Below are positions 49,427-59,904 of a stretch of 64,000 nt of DNA, piece by piece (within the stretch, counting starts at the first letter, position 1; every line of letters starts with the position of its first letter). The stretch comes from Cyanophora paradoxa CCMP329 (lineage: Eukaryota > Plantae > Glaucophyta): NCBI GenBank assembly GCA_004431415.1, contig QPMI01000126.1, positions 1 through 64,000 of the forward strand, in the 5' to 3' direction. The notes beneath the pieces were generated by a model, which did no database searches, was not told where the DNA came from, and saw only the letters and a program-made list of their open reading frames with translations. A program made the translations under genes and the position numbers.

Positions 49427-51601
49427 TCAGCGGGGCGCCGGGGCTGGCGGGGCGGGGGGCGGTAGAGGACGGAGCCCGGGGCGGGCGGGGGCGCGGGGCG
49501 GCCGGCGAAGAAGGGGTGGGCGAGGGCCTGGGCCGCCGTGATGCGCCGCGCGGGGTCCAACGCCAGCATCCGCTGCACCAGCTGCCCGCCGCCCGCCCCG
49601 CGCCTCGGCCAGGGCCCGGCCGGCCAGGGCGGGGCGCGGGGCGGACCTGGTTGACGCCCGGGAGTAGCGGCCCGGGGCGAGGGCGGGGCGGCGGGCCCGT
49701 GGGGCACGGAGGGGAAGGGCTCGGCGGGCCCGCCCTGCGGGTTGTACGGGCGGAAGACCTCCGCCAGCGAGATCGGCGCCACCGCCTGCCGCCCCGCCCC
49801 GCCTGAGGCGCACCGCCGGGGAGCGGGGCGGGCGGGGCGGGGCGGGCCTGGAGGGAGGGGGCGACGGGGAGGTCGAGCCAGGGGACGTCCTCGCGGCGCG
49901 GGAAGCCGAGCACCTGCCGCCCGCCCTCGCGCGGGGCCCGCCGCCCGCAGCGCCGCGCAGGGCCGGCGCGCACGGCGGTCATCTTGAAGAGCTGGTCCGC
50001 CGCGTCCCGCCCTGCCCCGCCCACGCCGCAGCGTCAGCCCGGCTGGCGCCCGGGGGCGCGAGGGGCGGGGCGGGGCGGGGCGGGCGGGGCACCAGGGAAG
50101 AGCGGGTGGCGGAGGATGAGCTCCGCGAAGACGCAGCCGAGGGACCACATGTCCTGGCGAGTGGCCCCCGTGAGGCCGGAAAGGCGCCGGCGGGGCGGGG
50201 CCGGGCCGGGCCGGGGGGCGCACGACGGCCGGCCCGTACTCCTTCGCCCCGAACATCAGCTCCGGCGCCCTGCGCCCGCCCCGTCGGCGGGGCCAAGCGG
50301 GGCGGCGGGGCGGGCCGGGCCGGTAGAAGCGGGAGCCGATGTAGGGGACGTTGACCCCCGCCGGGTCCTCCGCCCCCTTCGCACACCCGAAGTCCGCCAG
50401 GCACGCCCGCTCCGTCCTGCCGCCCCCGGCCCCGCGCGCTCCAGGCCGTCCCGCACCGCCGGCGCCCCGAAGCCGGAGGCGCACGTCGGGTCGATGAGGA
50501 TGTTGGCCGGCTGCGCGGCGGGGTCGGCAGGAGGCGGGCGGTGCAGGCGCGGGGGCGGGGCGGGGCGGGCGGGCGGGCCTTGATGTCGCGGTGGACGATG
50601 CCGCGCGAGTGAATGAAGGCCGTCGCCTCGAGCAGCTGCCGCATGATCCGCTTCACCACCGTCAGCGGGATGTGCTCCCGCCGGTCCACGTAGTCTGCGC
50701 CCCGCGCCCTCACCCCCGCTCTCGCACCCGCCCCCGCCCCGCCCCCCTGCCGCCCGCGGCGCACGCAGGGCTAGGAGCTGGCGGGGGGAGGGGGCACGGG
50801 GGGCGCGCCTTGGATGAAGGATTCCATGTCGAGGGGGATGAACTCGAAGACGAAGTTCTGCGCATGTGCGCGCGGGCCGGGCGGGGCTCAGTCGGGGGCG
50901 GGGCGAGCGGGCGGGGCGGGGGCGGGGCGGGCCTGCATGATGGAGCGGTCGCCGTCGGCGACGGTGTAGAAGGCGTCCAGCAGCTGGATCACGTTCGGGT
51001 GCCCCGCCACCCGCCCCAGCACCTTCATCTCCCGGCTCGCCAGCTCGCCCCACTTCTGCTCAGCGTACAGAGCGCCGTACGCCATAATTAGCTCGCGTCT
51101 AGACGCTATCGAGCCATCTGCAGGCCTACGCCCGCCCGCGCTGCGCGAGAGCGCACCGGGACGCGCTTGAGGGCGACCTTTCTGCCATTCTCATCGTAAG
51201 CCTGAAAGCGCGAGAAATGCGTGAGTGACGCAAAAGCTCCATCGACGAGAGGCGCCAGCTAGCAGCAAGCAGCGCGTGTGGAACCGGAGCGAACGCGGAG
51301 AGAACAAGGATAAATGCGCGGCCGCAGCTGCGCAGTGCGGAAGGAACGAGAAACGCGCGTACCTCGAACACCGACCCAAAGGTGCTGCGAAAGGAGCATG
51401 AGCGAGCCGCGCGCAGCAGCAAAATGAGGACGCGGCGAGCTGGCGCGCGCACCCGCTTCCCAGCAGCTTGGTGATGCGATAATTGCTCGGGGCGCGCGCT
51501 GCTAGCGACCCGAGATCGCAGGGCGCCGCGGTCGGCCGCTGGATGCCGTCCTTCGTTCGCATCGAGAGAATTAGCTCGGGTACCCCGTTAGCGGCTTGCA
51601 T
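49427..51601 (-). CDS. CMGC Ser/Thr kinase, GSK3/shaggy-like (divergent)
   Basis: [58 protein letters not shown]|[26 protein letters not shown]|[27 protein letters not shown]|G..DQL and [13 protein letters not shown]. Start and stop are approximate. Confidence 0.85.
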
Positions 51602-51806
51602 TGCCTTGCAATGCCTTGCATTGCTGTCCTGCAACTCTAGACGTAGCAGGCAGCAGGCGCCAGTTCGAGTTCGAGCCGGCGTAGCAGGCAGCAGGCATCA
51701 GGGCTCCCAACGTCCAGAGAGCGGCCGCGCTCGCGCGCACCTCGACGCCGGCGCCGAATCGTCGTCCTGCGGCAGCGCGCCGCTTTTCTAGAGCTCTTTG
51801 AGCGGG

Positions 51807-52853
51807 ATGAGCGCATCGGCGCGGGCGCGCCGCGCCGTCCTGGCGCGCGTGCTGTCGGCCGGCCGAATAGCTAGCTTGCGGGCGGCCGCAGCGAGGCCTG
51901 CAGCGGCCTCCTTGCGGCTACAGCTCAGAGCGGTGCATTCGGCGAGCGTGCAGGGACAAGCGCACGAGCGGGCAGCTTCGAGCGCACCGCGCGCATGCAC
52001 AGAGGCGGAGGCCGCGGGCGACGACCTGCGGAAGCTTATGCGGCGCGTACCAGCTCCGATAGCGATTGTCACGGCCGCCAACTCGCGCGGGGACATGCGA
52101 GGTGCGCCCTGCTCGAGCTGAGCGGGAGCCGGTAGCGCTAGGGCGGCCGCGGCTGACGTGACGGGCCCAGGGATCATCGCGTCGAGCTTCCAGAGCGTGT
52201 CGCTGCACCCGCCGCTGGTCACCTTCAACCTCATGGCCCACAACAGGTTCGCCGCCCGCTGCCCGCCGGCCGCGGCCCGCGGCGGCGGCTGATGCCGGCG
52301 CGCGGCGGCAGCATGCACGCGTTCCTGGACGGGGGCGGCGCGGCGGGCTTCTCGGTGAGCCTCCTCGGGGAGGAGGCGCGCGAGGCTGCCGAGCGCTTCG
52401 CCAACTGGCGCGCCTTCGCCGCCTCCCTCGCCCCGGGGGATCCCGCCGCCGCTGCCCGCCACCCCGGCACGGCGGCGCAGCTGCGGGGCCTGCCGCACCG
52501 GATCGAGGCGCTGACGGGGGCCCCGGTGCTGACCTCCGGGGTGCTGGGAGCGGTGCACTGCCGGACGCACTCGATCATCCCCGTCGGCGATCACGTCCTC
52601 GTCGTCGGGTGCCCGCCCCCGCCCCGCCACCCCCGCCCCGCCCTGACCGCCCGGCCGGCCTGGCAGGGCCGTGTTGCGGGCGGAAGTGCCGCAGGGGGCC
52701 GTATCGGCCCCCTGCAGTCCCCTCGTGTGGTGCGGCGGCTCCTACCGCCACCTCGGCGCCCGCCTCGCGATCGGCGAGCGGCGGGCCCAGCCGGCACCGG
52801 CCGCACCCGCAGCAGCCACCCCCCCACCCGGCGACGTCGCTGGTAGCTGCTAG
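51807..52853 (+). CDS. Flavin reductase-like FMN-binding protein with a probable organelle-targeting presequence
   Basis: LRKLMRRVPAPIAIVTA, G|IIASSFQSVSLHPPLVTFNL, FSVSLLGEE...AERFA, GAPVL, GDHVLVVG|RV and PLVWCGGSYR. Arg/Ala-rich N-terminus; one apparent frameshift in the last exon. Confidence 0.88.
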
Positions 52854-53634
52854 CCCGTTTGCGCTGCCACCACGCTCCTCTCTGTCCGTCGGTATCCAGA
52901 GTTTTGCAGTCTCGCCCTTCCTTTCATTCGGTCCAAATTGCAGTGCCCCGGAGACCCTTGAAGGCTTAATTAGGTTTCCTTCCGCAGCCGCTGCCGCAGT
53001 GCCCCTGGGCCCCGCGTCCAGGCCCGTAAGCCTGAAGCCCGCTAGCAGGACTACTACCGTAGTTCTTCAACTTCATCATGGTCCGACGGTCATGGCATGA
53101 TCAAGGCTTCAAGGCCTCGCGACCGGATTCATGATCACTGACTCAGTGATCATGATCATCGGATAGGACTCCAAGGCCTAGCCCCGGCGGCCGGGCCCTA
53201 GCTAAAGGCCTACTAGGGGCCTAGCCGCTGAGCAGCCTAGAAGGGGGCATGCTTCGAGTCGTGGCCCGGCGTTGCAACCACTTGCAATTGAATCCGGAAG
53301 CAGGCTGCCGCGGCCGCAGTGCCGCAGTGCAGCTGGCCAAGGAAGCAGGCCTAGGCCTCAGGGCCTCTCAGCCTCAGGGCCTGGCCATGGCACAGTCTTG
53401 GCACATATATGCACCGGTACCGTGGCACTGCGGCACCGTGCACGTGACGCTGATCATGAATTCGAAACTTGAAACTCAAGACTCTGAAACACTGAGGCAA
53501 CTGTTTTCAAACTTCGAATTCAAGGCTTGGCTTTCGAATTTCAGGTTTCAAGTTTTACGTTTCATTCGAATGTGGCCGCCGGGGATCGCAGCGAGCGCCC
53601 TGCCAGGCTGTCACAAAAATCATATGCATTGATC

Positions 53635-53932
53635 TGTTTTAGGAGGTTTTATACGTCCCAGTAGACCTTAGCAACCTTCCCGTAGCGTACCAGCAGCAGG
53701 CGAGCAGGCTGTCACGTTGCAAGAGAAAGCTGCTAATCACAGACTACTGTGTACCCTAGGACACGGCTACCGGAAAGTATCAAGCTAGAGTCAGAAAAAG
53801 TAGCTAGGGTCGCATCTTCGTACAGGGGTACAGTGACTCAGGAAATCGCGAGAAGCCGCGGGTCAAGTCACGGTACTACTGCGAACGAAGTGCAAACGAA
53901 GCACTAACGGCTAGGAAACCCTATCGGCAACA
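53635..53932 (-). repeat. Candidate 3' LTR
   Basis: AT-richer non-coding block downstream of integrase with TGTT...AACA termini and a purine-rich tract (GAGGACCTGGAGAGC on minus) just inside. The partner LTR is not in the window, so boundaries are unverified. Confidence 0.35.
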
Positions 53933-54140
53933 GCTCTCCAGGTCCTCACAGACGCTTCCACGCGGCTGGATCAGAAGAGATGTAGAGCTGCGCATTTGGT
54001 TGAGGGCAAACCAGGCAGCAGTGATCAGCCGCTGACCCAGCGCCAAGAGAGAATTCCCGAAACTCGCAAGCCACATCCCAGTGAAGGGCACGTCATCGAC
54101 AACGGAAGTGAATCCGGTAAACCGCAGTACGGGCTGTGAT

Positions 54141-55640
54141 TCAAGACTCGTCATCCGTCGTGTCATCATCGGAAAGTGAATCGGGATCAACGGCAGGTGG
54201 CGGAGGCACGGGGACCTCATGATCGGGCGGCACAGGCACGGGGGCCTTGCGAGGGCGACCGGCTTTGCGGGGAGCGAGAACATTGGCAGGACGCTCGTGA
54301 AAAGCGATCATGAGATCAACGTGCATGAGAACCTCGCGCGAGCGATACACCAGTGAAGTGTCATCGCCTCGGACAGTGTACAAAAGACCGTGAGAGTGAA
54401 CCTCAGTGACAGTGTAAGGGCCAGTCCAACCATTGCGAGGCCCAGTGCGCTTGACGTTACTGGTCTTCGCGCTGATAATCCAGCACAACACTTTGTCACC
54501 AGGCTTGAAAACACGATGCGGCTCACGGCCAGTGCCATAGCGAAGCAACTTCTTGTTGTAAAGTTTGCGGTGTTCTCGGACGGCAGAGATTTGGTCGCGG
54601 GCGGCTCGAGCGACCGACAAAGCGTAATCGTAGAGAGAAACGGGATCTTCGTGAGGTTCGCGCAGGTGAGGTCGAGACGAAGATCGCCAGGCAACATCAA
54701 TTCTCGTCCAAAGTGCAGAGCGGCGGGTGAAAAACCAGTGGCAGCGTGAATCGTGGTCCGGAGAGCGAAGAGCACGCGATAATGATAGAAAGGCCAATGG
54801 GAATTGTCCTCCCCGTTCTCATCGCAAAGAGCATACACCAAGCGCTTGTAAATGCCACCAAGCCGCTCAGCACCGCCGTTCGTGGACTGGTGGACGTGGA
54901 GCGTAAATCAACCGAGTACCCTGGCGAGTCCAGAATTTGCCCCAGAGACTAGTAGGCGTGAAGACCTTAGCGTTATCCGTGAGATACCGCTTGCAAGGGC
55001 CGTGATTCGCGTACACAGTTTGTGCAGCCACTCACAGGCACGACCATCAGCCTCCGTCAGCATCAAAATCTCAGGGTACTTGGTAAAAGCGTCGACGTCA
55101 ATGTGCACAAGTGTGAAACGGTGAAGTCGACCGTTCTCAGAGGGCGCCATAGGGAAGTGATCGGCTTGACGCAAGTCGCCAGGATGCTCAGACTCGATCA
55201 CAGTGAATTGTGACTTCGGCTTCTTGTGAGCCTTGGCAAACTGACAGTGTCGGCACGTCTTCACGTAGCGATGGACAGCAGTCGTCATGCCCGGCCACCA
55301 AAACCGTGAGGCGATGCGCCGAGCAACAATGGGGCACCACGGTGAGCCAGTCATCGTGGTAAGCGTGAACAATCTTCTCCCGCCACTCTGGGGTACAACG
55401 ATCTGAGGCCGCATAGTGGGGAGCAAGGGCAACCGCAGTACGGTATCTTGCTCATCGATCGTGTACTGAGTAGCTTCACGAGCGAAGCGATCGCGTGCAG
55501 ACTTGCAGAGAATGCAGCTCCCAAGCACCTCCGGGTCACGTTCACCAGCAGTGTAGTGGGAGTGACAGCGCGCCAGGTTCTCCTTCTCGCGAAGAAGTGC
55601 GAACACCATCTGGCAAAGAGGGTCACGAGCCTGAGCCATG
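54141..55640 (-). CDS. Retroviral-type integrase (frameshifted)
   Basis: RFWWPGMTTAVHRYVKTCRHCQ (zinc finger), QADHF, VDAFTKYPE, LTDNAKVF and STNGGAER (DDE read across frameshifts), RTTIHAATGFSPAALHFGRE, FKPGDKVL and WTGPYTV (GPY/F). Confidence 0.9.
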
Positions 55641-57099
55641 ATGACCGCGGTCCCATCGGAAACAAGTTCACGGATCGTCGGTGGCGGAGGAACGTCAACG
55701 AGGGGCGGGGGCCCTCGCTCCAGGTGTCCATGACAACGGTGCCACGCGGCAAGCGAACGTGTGTCGGCTCATTCTGGCGCCTTCACCTTCGTCCAGCGGG
55801 GCGATAGCGCTGCTAGAAGTAGGATCAGGTCGCGGACGACCGAGGTCACGTTCTTGCTGCAGGAAGTGCATGTACTCTTCCTCGTCAGCAACGTCGAGAT
55901 GCGACGGGGCGCAATGGCATATCGAGACTGCCGTGAATTCTTGCCCTTGGGAGGCTTCACCCGCGTACGGGCATGCCTTGGCGTTCAGCGCCTTGCGGGA
56001 TTGTCGCCGTCTGCGCCGCTCCTCCGGGGTTCGGTTCCGAACAGAGGCAGGGGTACGAGCGCGTCGATCTCAGACGGGGTACGGCCCATCTCTGCCAGTT
56101 GGCGTCGCCGTTCGAGCGTCGTCGCCGTCCTCTCCCGCGAGGCTTCGTGCAGATCTCGGGCCGCACGCGAACGTCTGTCGCGATCACTGGCGAGGCGGTC
56201 AGCGTAGTCCTTTTCAAGCCGTCGCTGGTATTGGCGCGGACACTCCAAGCCGTGCTCCGTCTTGAGTTCGACGTTCCGTCGGACGCCGAGGACTGCGAAG
56301 ATTGGCCGTCATCCGTGAGGGCCCGGCGTCGTGCCCGTTCCACAGAGTCGCGTAGCGTGCGGTCAGCTGCTTGACGATCGAAGCCTCGCAAAGATGGACG
56401 GGGTAGCGACGGCTCGCTCTCCTCGTCTGTACCCCTCCCCCTCCTTCCGGTGACTGAGACCGAGGCCTCCGGGCCGAGCTCTCCGTCCTCGAGCTTGAAG
56501 CCCGTCAGCGGAGCTCTCCTGTCCTCGAACTTGAAGTCGGCGGCGGCGACCCTCGCCGGTAGCCAGGCCGCGCCGTCGAGTGTATGCTCGAGGTTCGTCA
56601 CCCCGCGGCGTCGCCGTGCAGGAGGGGCCGTCGCGCCCGCCTCGTCTGCCGCTGCGGCCGGTGCAGGCGTGTCAACTTCCATGGGTACGACGTCGGGGGC
56701 AGAGAGGGCGCCGTTCTCGTGGAGCCGTTCCAGCGTGATCTGGGACTCCACGTCTTCCAGGCCGCCGTTCTCGACGATGTCACGCACTCGCTGAGTGTCG
56801 GGCGTCAACGACCTTGGACGTCGCCGTGAAGTCTGAGGGTCGTCGCGGTCTCGGCGCGGTGGCGCCGGGCAAGGTGCTCGGGTCGCGTGGTGGCGCGGCG
56901 TCTATCCCAGTAGGATCCACGCCGGCCCGTCCAGAGTATGTTGCAGGGCCGAGGAGGTGCGGTGGATGGCGACGCGGTAGAGTTCGCGTGGATCGTCGTA
57001 GTCTCCCGCATCGGCACACCGAACCCGTGAGCGCCGTCTGGTATCGAAGTCGTGATGTCAGTGCCGTCAGCGCCGCCAGGCTTGTACACTGCGTGCGTC

Positions 57100-58480
57100 T
57101 CCGCAAGGCGAGAGCAGCAGTCCGCAACGACGTTCGACCGCCCGTTGCGGTACTCGATAGTGTAGTTGTAGTGGTTGAGGGCGATGGCCGCGCGCCCAAG
57201 CGTCTTGTTGTTCGCCAGCTCCTGTGTCTTCAACCATTGCAACGCCGAATGATCCGTGCGGATCGTGAACGGGTGGCCGCAGACGAAGTAGTGGTGCCAG
57301 ACCTTAACCGCCCAGAGTACCGCAATGCATTCGCCCTCCGTTGGTGATTGGTACTTGCGCTCCATGTTTGTCAGAGTACGACTGATGAATGCGATCGGGC
57401 GCTCGCGGCCGTCCTTGTCCTCCTGCATGAGCACCGCTCCATGGCCCGTTGCTCCAGTCCGTGTAAATGATGAACGGCTTCGTGAAGTCGGGCAGCATCA
57501 GCACAATGTCCTCGCACATCGCCTTCTTGAGGTCGTCCAACGCAGCGAGAGCCTCGTCATTCCACACCAAGTTGAGCCGGTCGGCTCGTAGTGCGTCCGT
57601 GAGGAGGTCTCGCAGGGAAAGTTCCCGTCGCGCGTAACTCTGTACGAAGCGCCGGTAGAAGCCCGTGAGGCCGAGGAAACTGCGGAGTTGCTCGACAGTC
57701 TGGAGTTCGTTCGCCGTGATCTTGGAGATGATCTCAACCTTCTTGGGGTCCATGCGAATGCCGTCGCTGCTGACACGGAATCCGAGCAGCTCGACTTCCC
57801 GCACCATGAAACGACATTGCTGGGCTTGAGTTTGAGGTTACCGCGGTCGATCGCAGCGAAGAAGGCCTCCAGGTCGAGAAGGTGTTGTTTGACGTTCGGC
57901 GAGTGGACCGTGAGGTCATCGACGTACGCCACGACGCAGGTGGACAAAAGGTTGCCCAAAATTGACGTCACGGCTCGACAGAACGCCGCTGGGCCGTTCG
58001 TGATACCAAAAGGGTCACTTTCCACCTGTACATTCCCCAGGGGACGATGAATGTCGTCAGGTCACGTGACTCCTCGTCGAGTTCCAACTGCCAGAAACCC
58101 GACGTTGCGTCGCCAGTCGAGAACGTGGACGCACCCTGTAGGCGCTCCAATTGGTCCTCAATGCGTGGCAACGGGAAGACATCACGTTCCGTGAGGGAAT
58201 TGAGCTTCCTGTAGTCGACGCAGAATCGCATCGTGCCATCCTTCTTCGGTGCCAGCACCACGGGCTGCCGAAACCAGCTTGCGAAGGCTCGATGAGACCG
58301 TCGCGTAGCAGCTTCTCGATTTCCGCCTTCGCAGCCTTCTCCGCAGGCGGAGAGAGCCGGCGAGGGACGGTGTACAGCGGGAGGTGCTTGGCGGGGACGC
58401 CGGGCAGAAGTCGGATGCTGTGCTTGTACTTCAGGAGCTCGCGTGGATTGATGTTCTGGGCGAAGCAGTGCTGGCGTTGC
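57100..58480 (-). CDS. Reverse transcriptase and RNase H (frameshifted)
   Basis: PVVLAPKKDGTMRFCVDYRKLN, FPLPRIEDQL, DATSGFWQ, PFGITNGPAAF, AYVDD, LRSFLGLTGFYRRFV, PDFTKPFIIYTDWS, RPIAFISRTL, FTIRTDHSALQWL and IEYRNGRSNVVADCCSR. Confidence 0.95.
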
Positions 58481-59479
58481 GTGAGAAGGTTCTGGAGTTG
58501 AGTGCGATCCTCGGAAGGGCGTCGGGTTCGACTCCGATGGTTTCAACAGGGCGTCCACCATCGCCTTGATGGTCTCGGCGATGGCTTTGTAGGAGGCGCA
58601 GTGTCACTCGACGGGGGCTCCATTCGAGCGTCGCATTGACGGACGCGATGGGCACCGTGGGCCGGCTGCGGGCCAACCAGCATCGGCTCGGAGTCGAAGC
58701 GGGCGAAGTGAGGCTCGAAGAAGCTGGCCAGCTCCATGAGCTCCTTGTCGTTGAAGTGATCGCCGGTTCGAGCAGTGTAAGGGGTGACGACACGTGCGAC
58801 GTACGACATGAGACGCTCGCTGGCCTCGTGGGATAGCGGGATGTCGGCAGCAGCATCGACGGAGCCAACATGCGCCGCCTCGCCCTCCTTGCAGTTGGGT
58901 TCGGGCGGTCGTCGGTGGTAGACCTCCGGGTAGAGGCGTCGGGCTCGGGAGATGTAGCGCCGTGGTTGCGAGCGTCGGGTACGACAACAGCTTGAAGTTC
59001 TCATAGATTTGCGCGGCTACGGAAGAGATCGGAATGTCAGTGTTGTTGAGGTGTCCAGGAGCTGTAACACCCCTTGGGTAGGTCTCGACATTCTCGTGTG
59101 GACGGAATTCGGACTCCGGCCAAGTCCCGAATTCAGTCTCCGCAATCACAGTTCCGGCTCGCAGGCGGACAGGCCGCCTGTGAGGGTTGCAGATCTGCAC
59201 GAAAAACGTGCCGTGTGCTGGGTTGCGGTGAATTTGGTATGGCACCAAGAATTCGACTTCGTCGCTCCGTCGAAGCCGTCGTCGTCGAGGAGAGTGGTGG
59301 CGGAGTGAGGAGGACTTCCGGTGCGCCGAGAGTCGTGTTCGAAGTCGTTTGTGGCGTGTAACATCGAACGAGCGATTCACCCGGCCGTACAGTGATGTCC
59401 TTCGCCAATCGGACCAGAACGCCGCCGTCGTGCTGGCCCGTAGCCGAAAAGGGACGTGGAATCGTTCGCCATCCGAGGA

Positions 59480-59904
59480 GTCAGGCGACGTGATCGTCAT
59501 TCCCAATTTGCTGGTCGAGCACGATGTGAGCGTTGAGCGCCACCAGCGTTGTGAGGCCGAGTAGCATTGGAGTGTTGCCCATGAGACCAGGCGCGACGAC
59601 GAGGACCTTCCGCGGAATTGTGACCGGACCAACCTTAATTGCAATGAATGCGATGCGCGCATAGGCAGTCATGTCCGTTCCAAAGCCGGTGAGGTGCACG
59701 CGCGGAGCGTTGCTGTAGCGAAGGCCTGCAGTTTGTCGCGATACTGCCGTCGAGTACGTCCGCAGCGGCTCCTGTATCCACCAATGCCTTGGTGAGGAGG
59801 TATTGAAGGACTTGTCGTCGGTGATCGATAGCGGCGATGTGCAAGTTGACGCAGATTCGGCCGTCGTTGATGCGCTCTCTGAGCGTGCGGTTCGTGTCCG
59901 TCAT
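59480..59904 (-). CDS. Retropepsin aspartic protease (frameshifted)
   Basis: KALVDTGAAADV active-site motif followed by LVVAPGLMGNTPMLLG. Confidence 0.8.

Noticed and set aside
53921-54140. env-like ORF after integrase
   Set aside because: Too short, with no signal peptide or convincing transmembrane segment.
59130-59410. dUTPase in the retrotransposon
   Set aside because: FVQICNPHRRPVRLRAGTVIAE resembles the degenerate dUTPase-like spacer common between PR and RT in Gypsy elements, but catalytic motifs are not evident.
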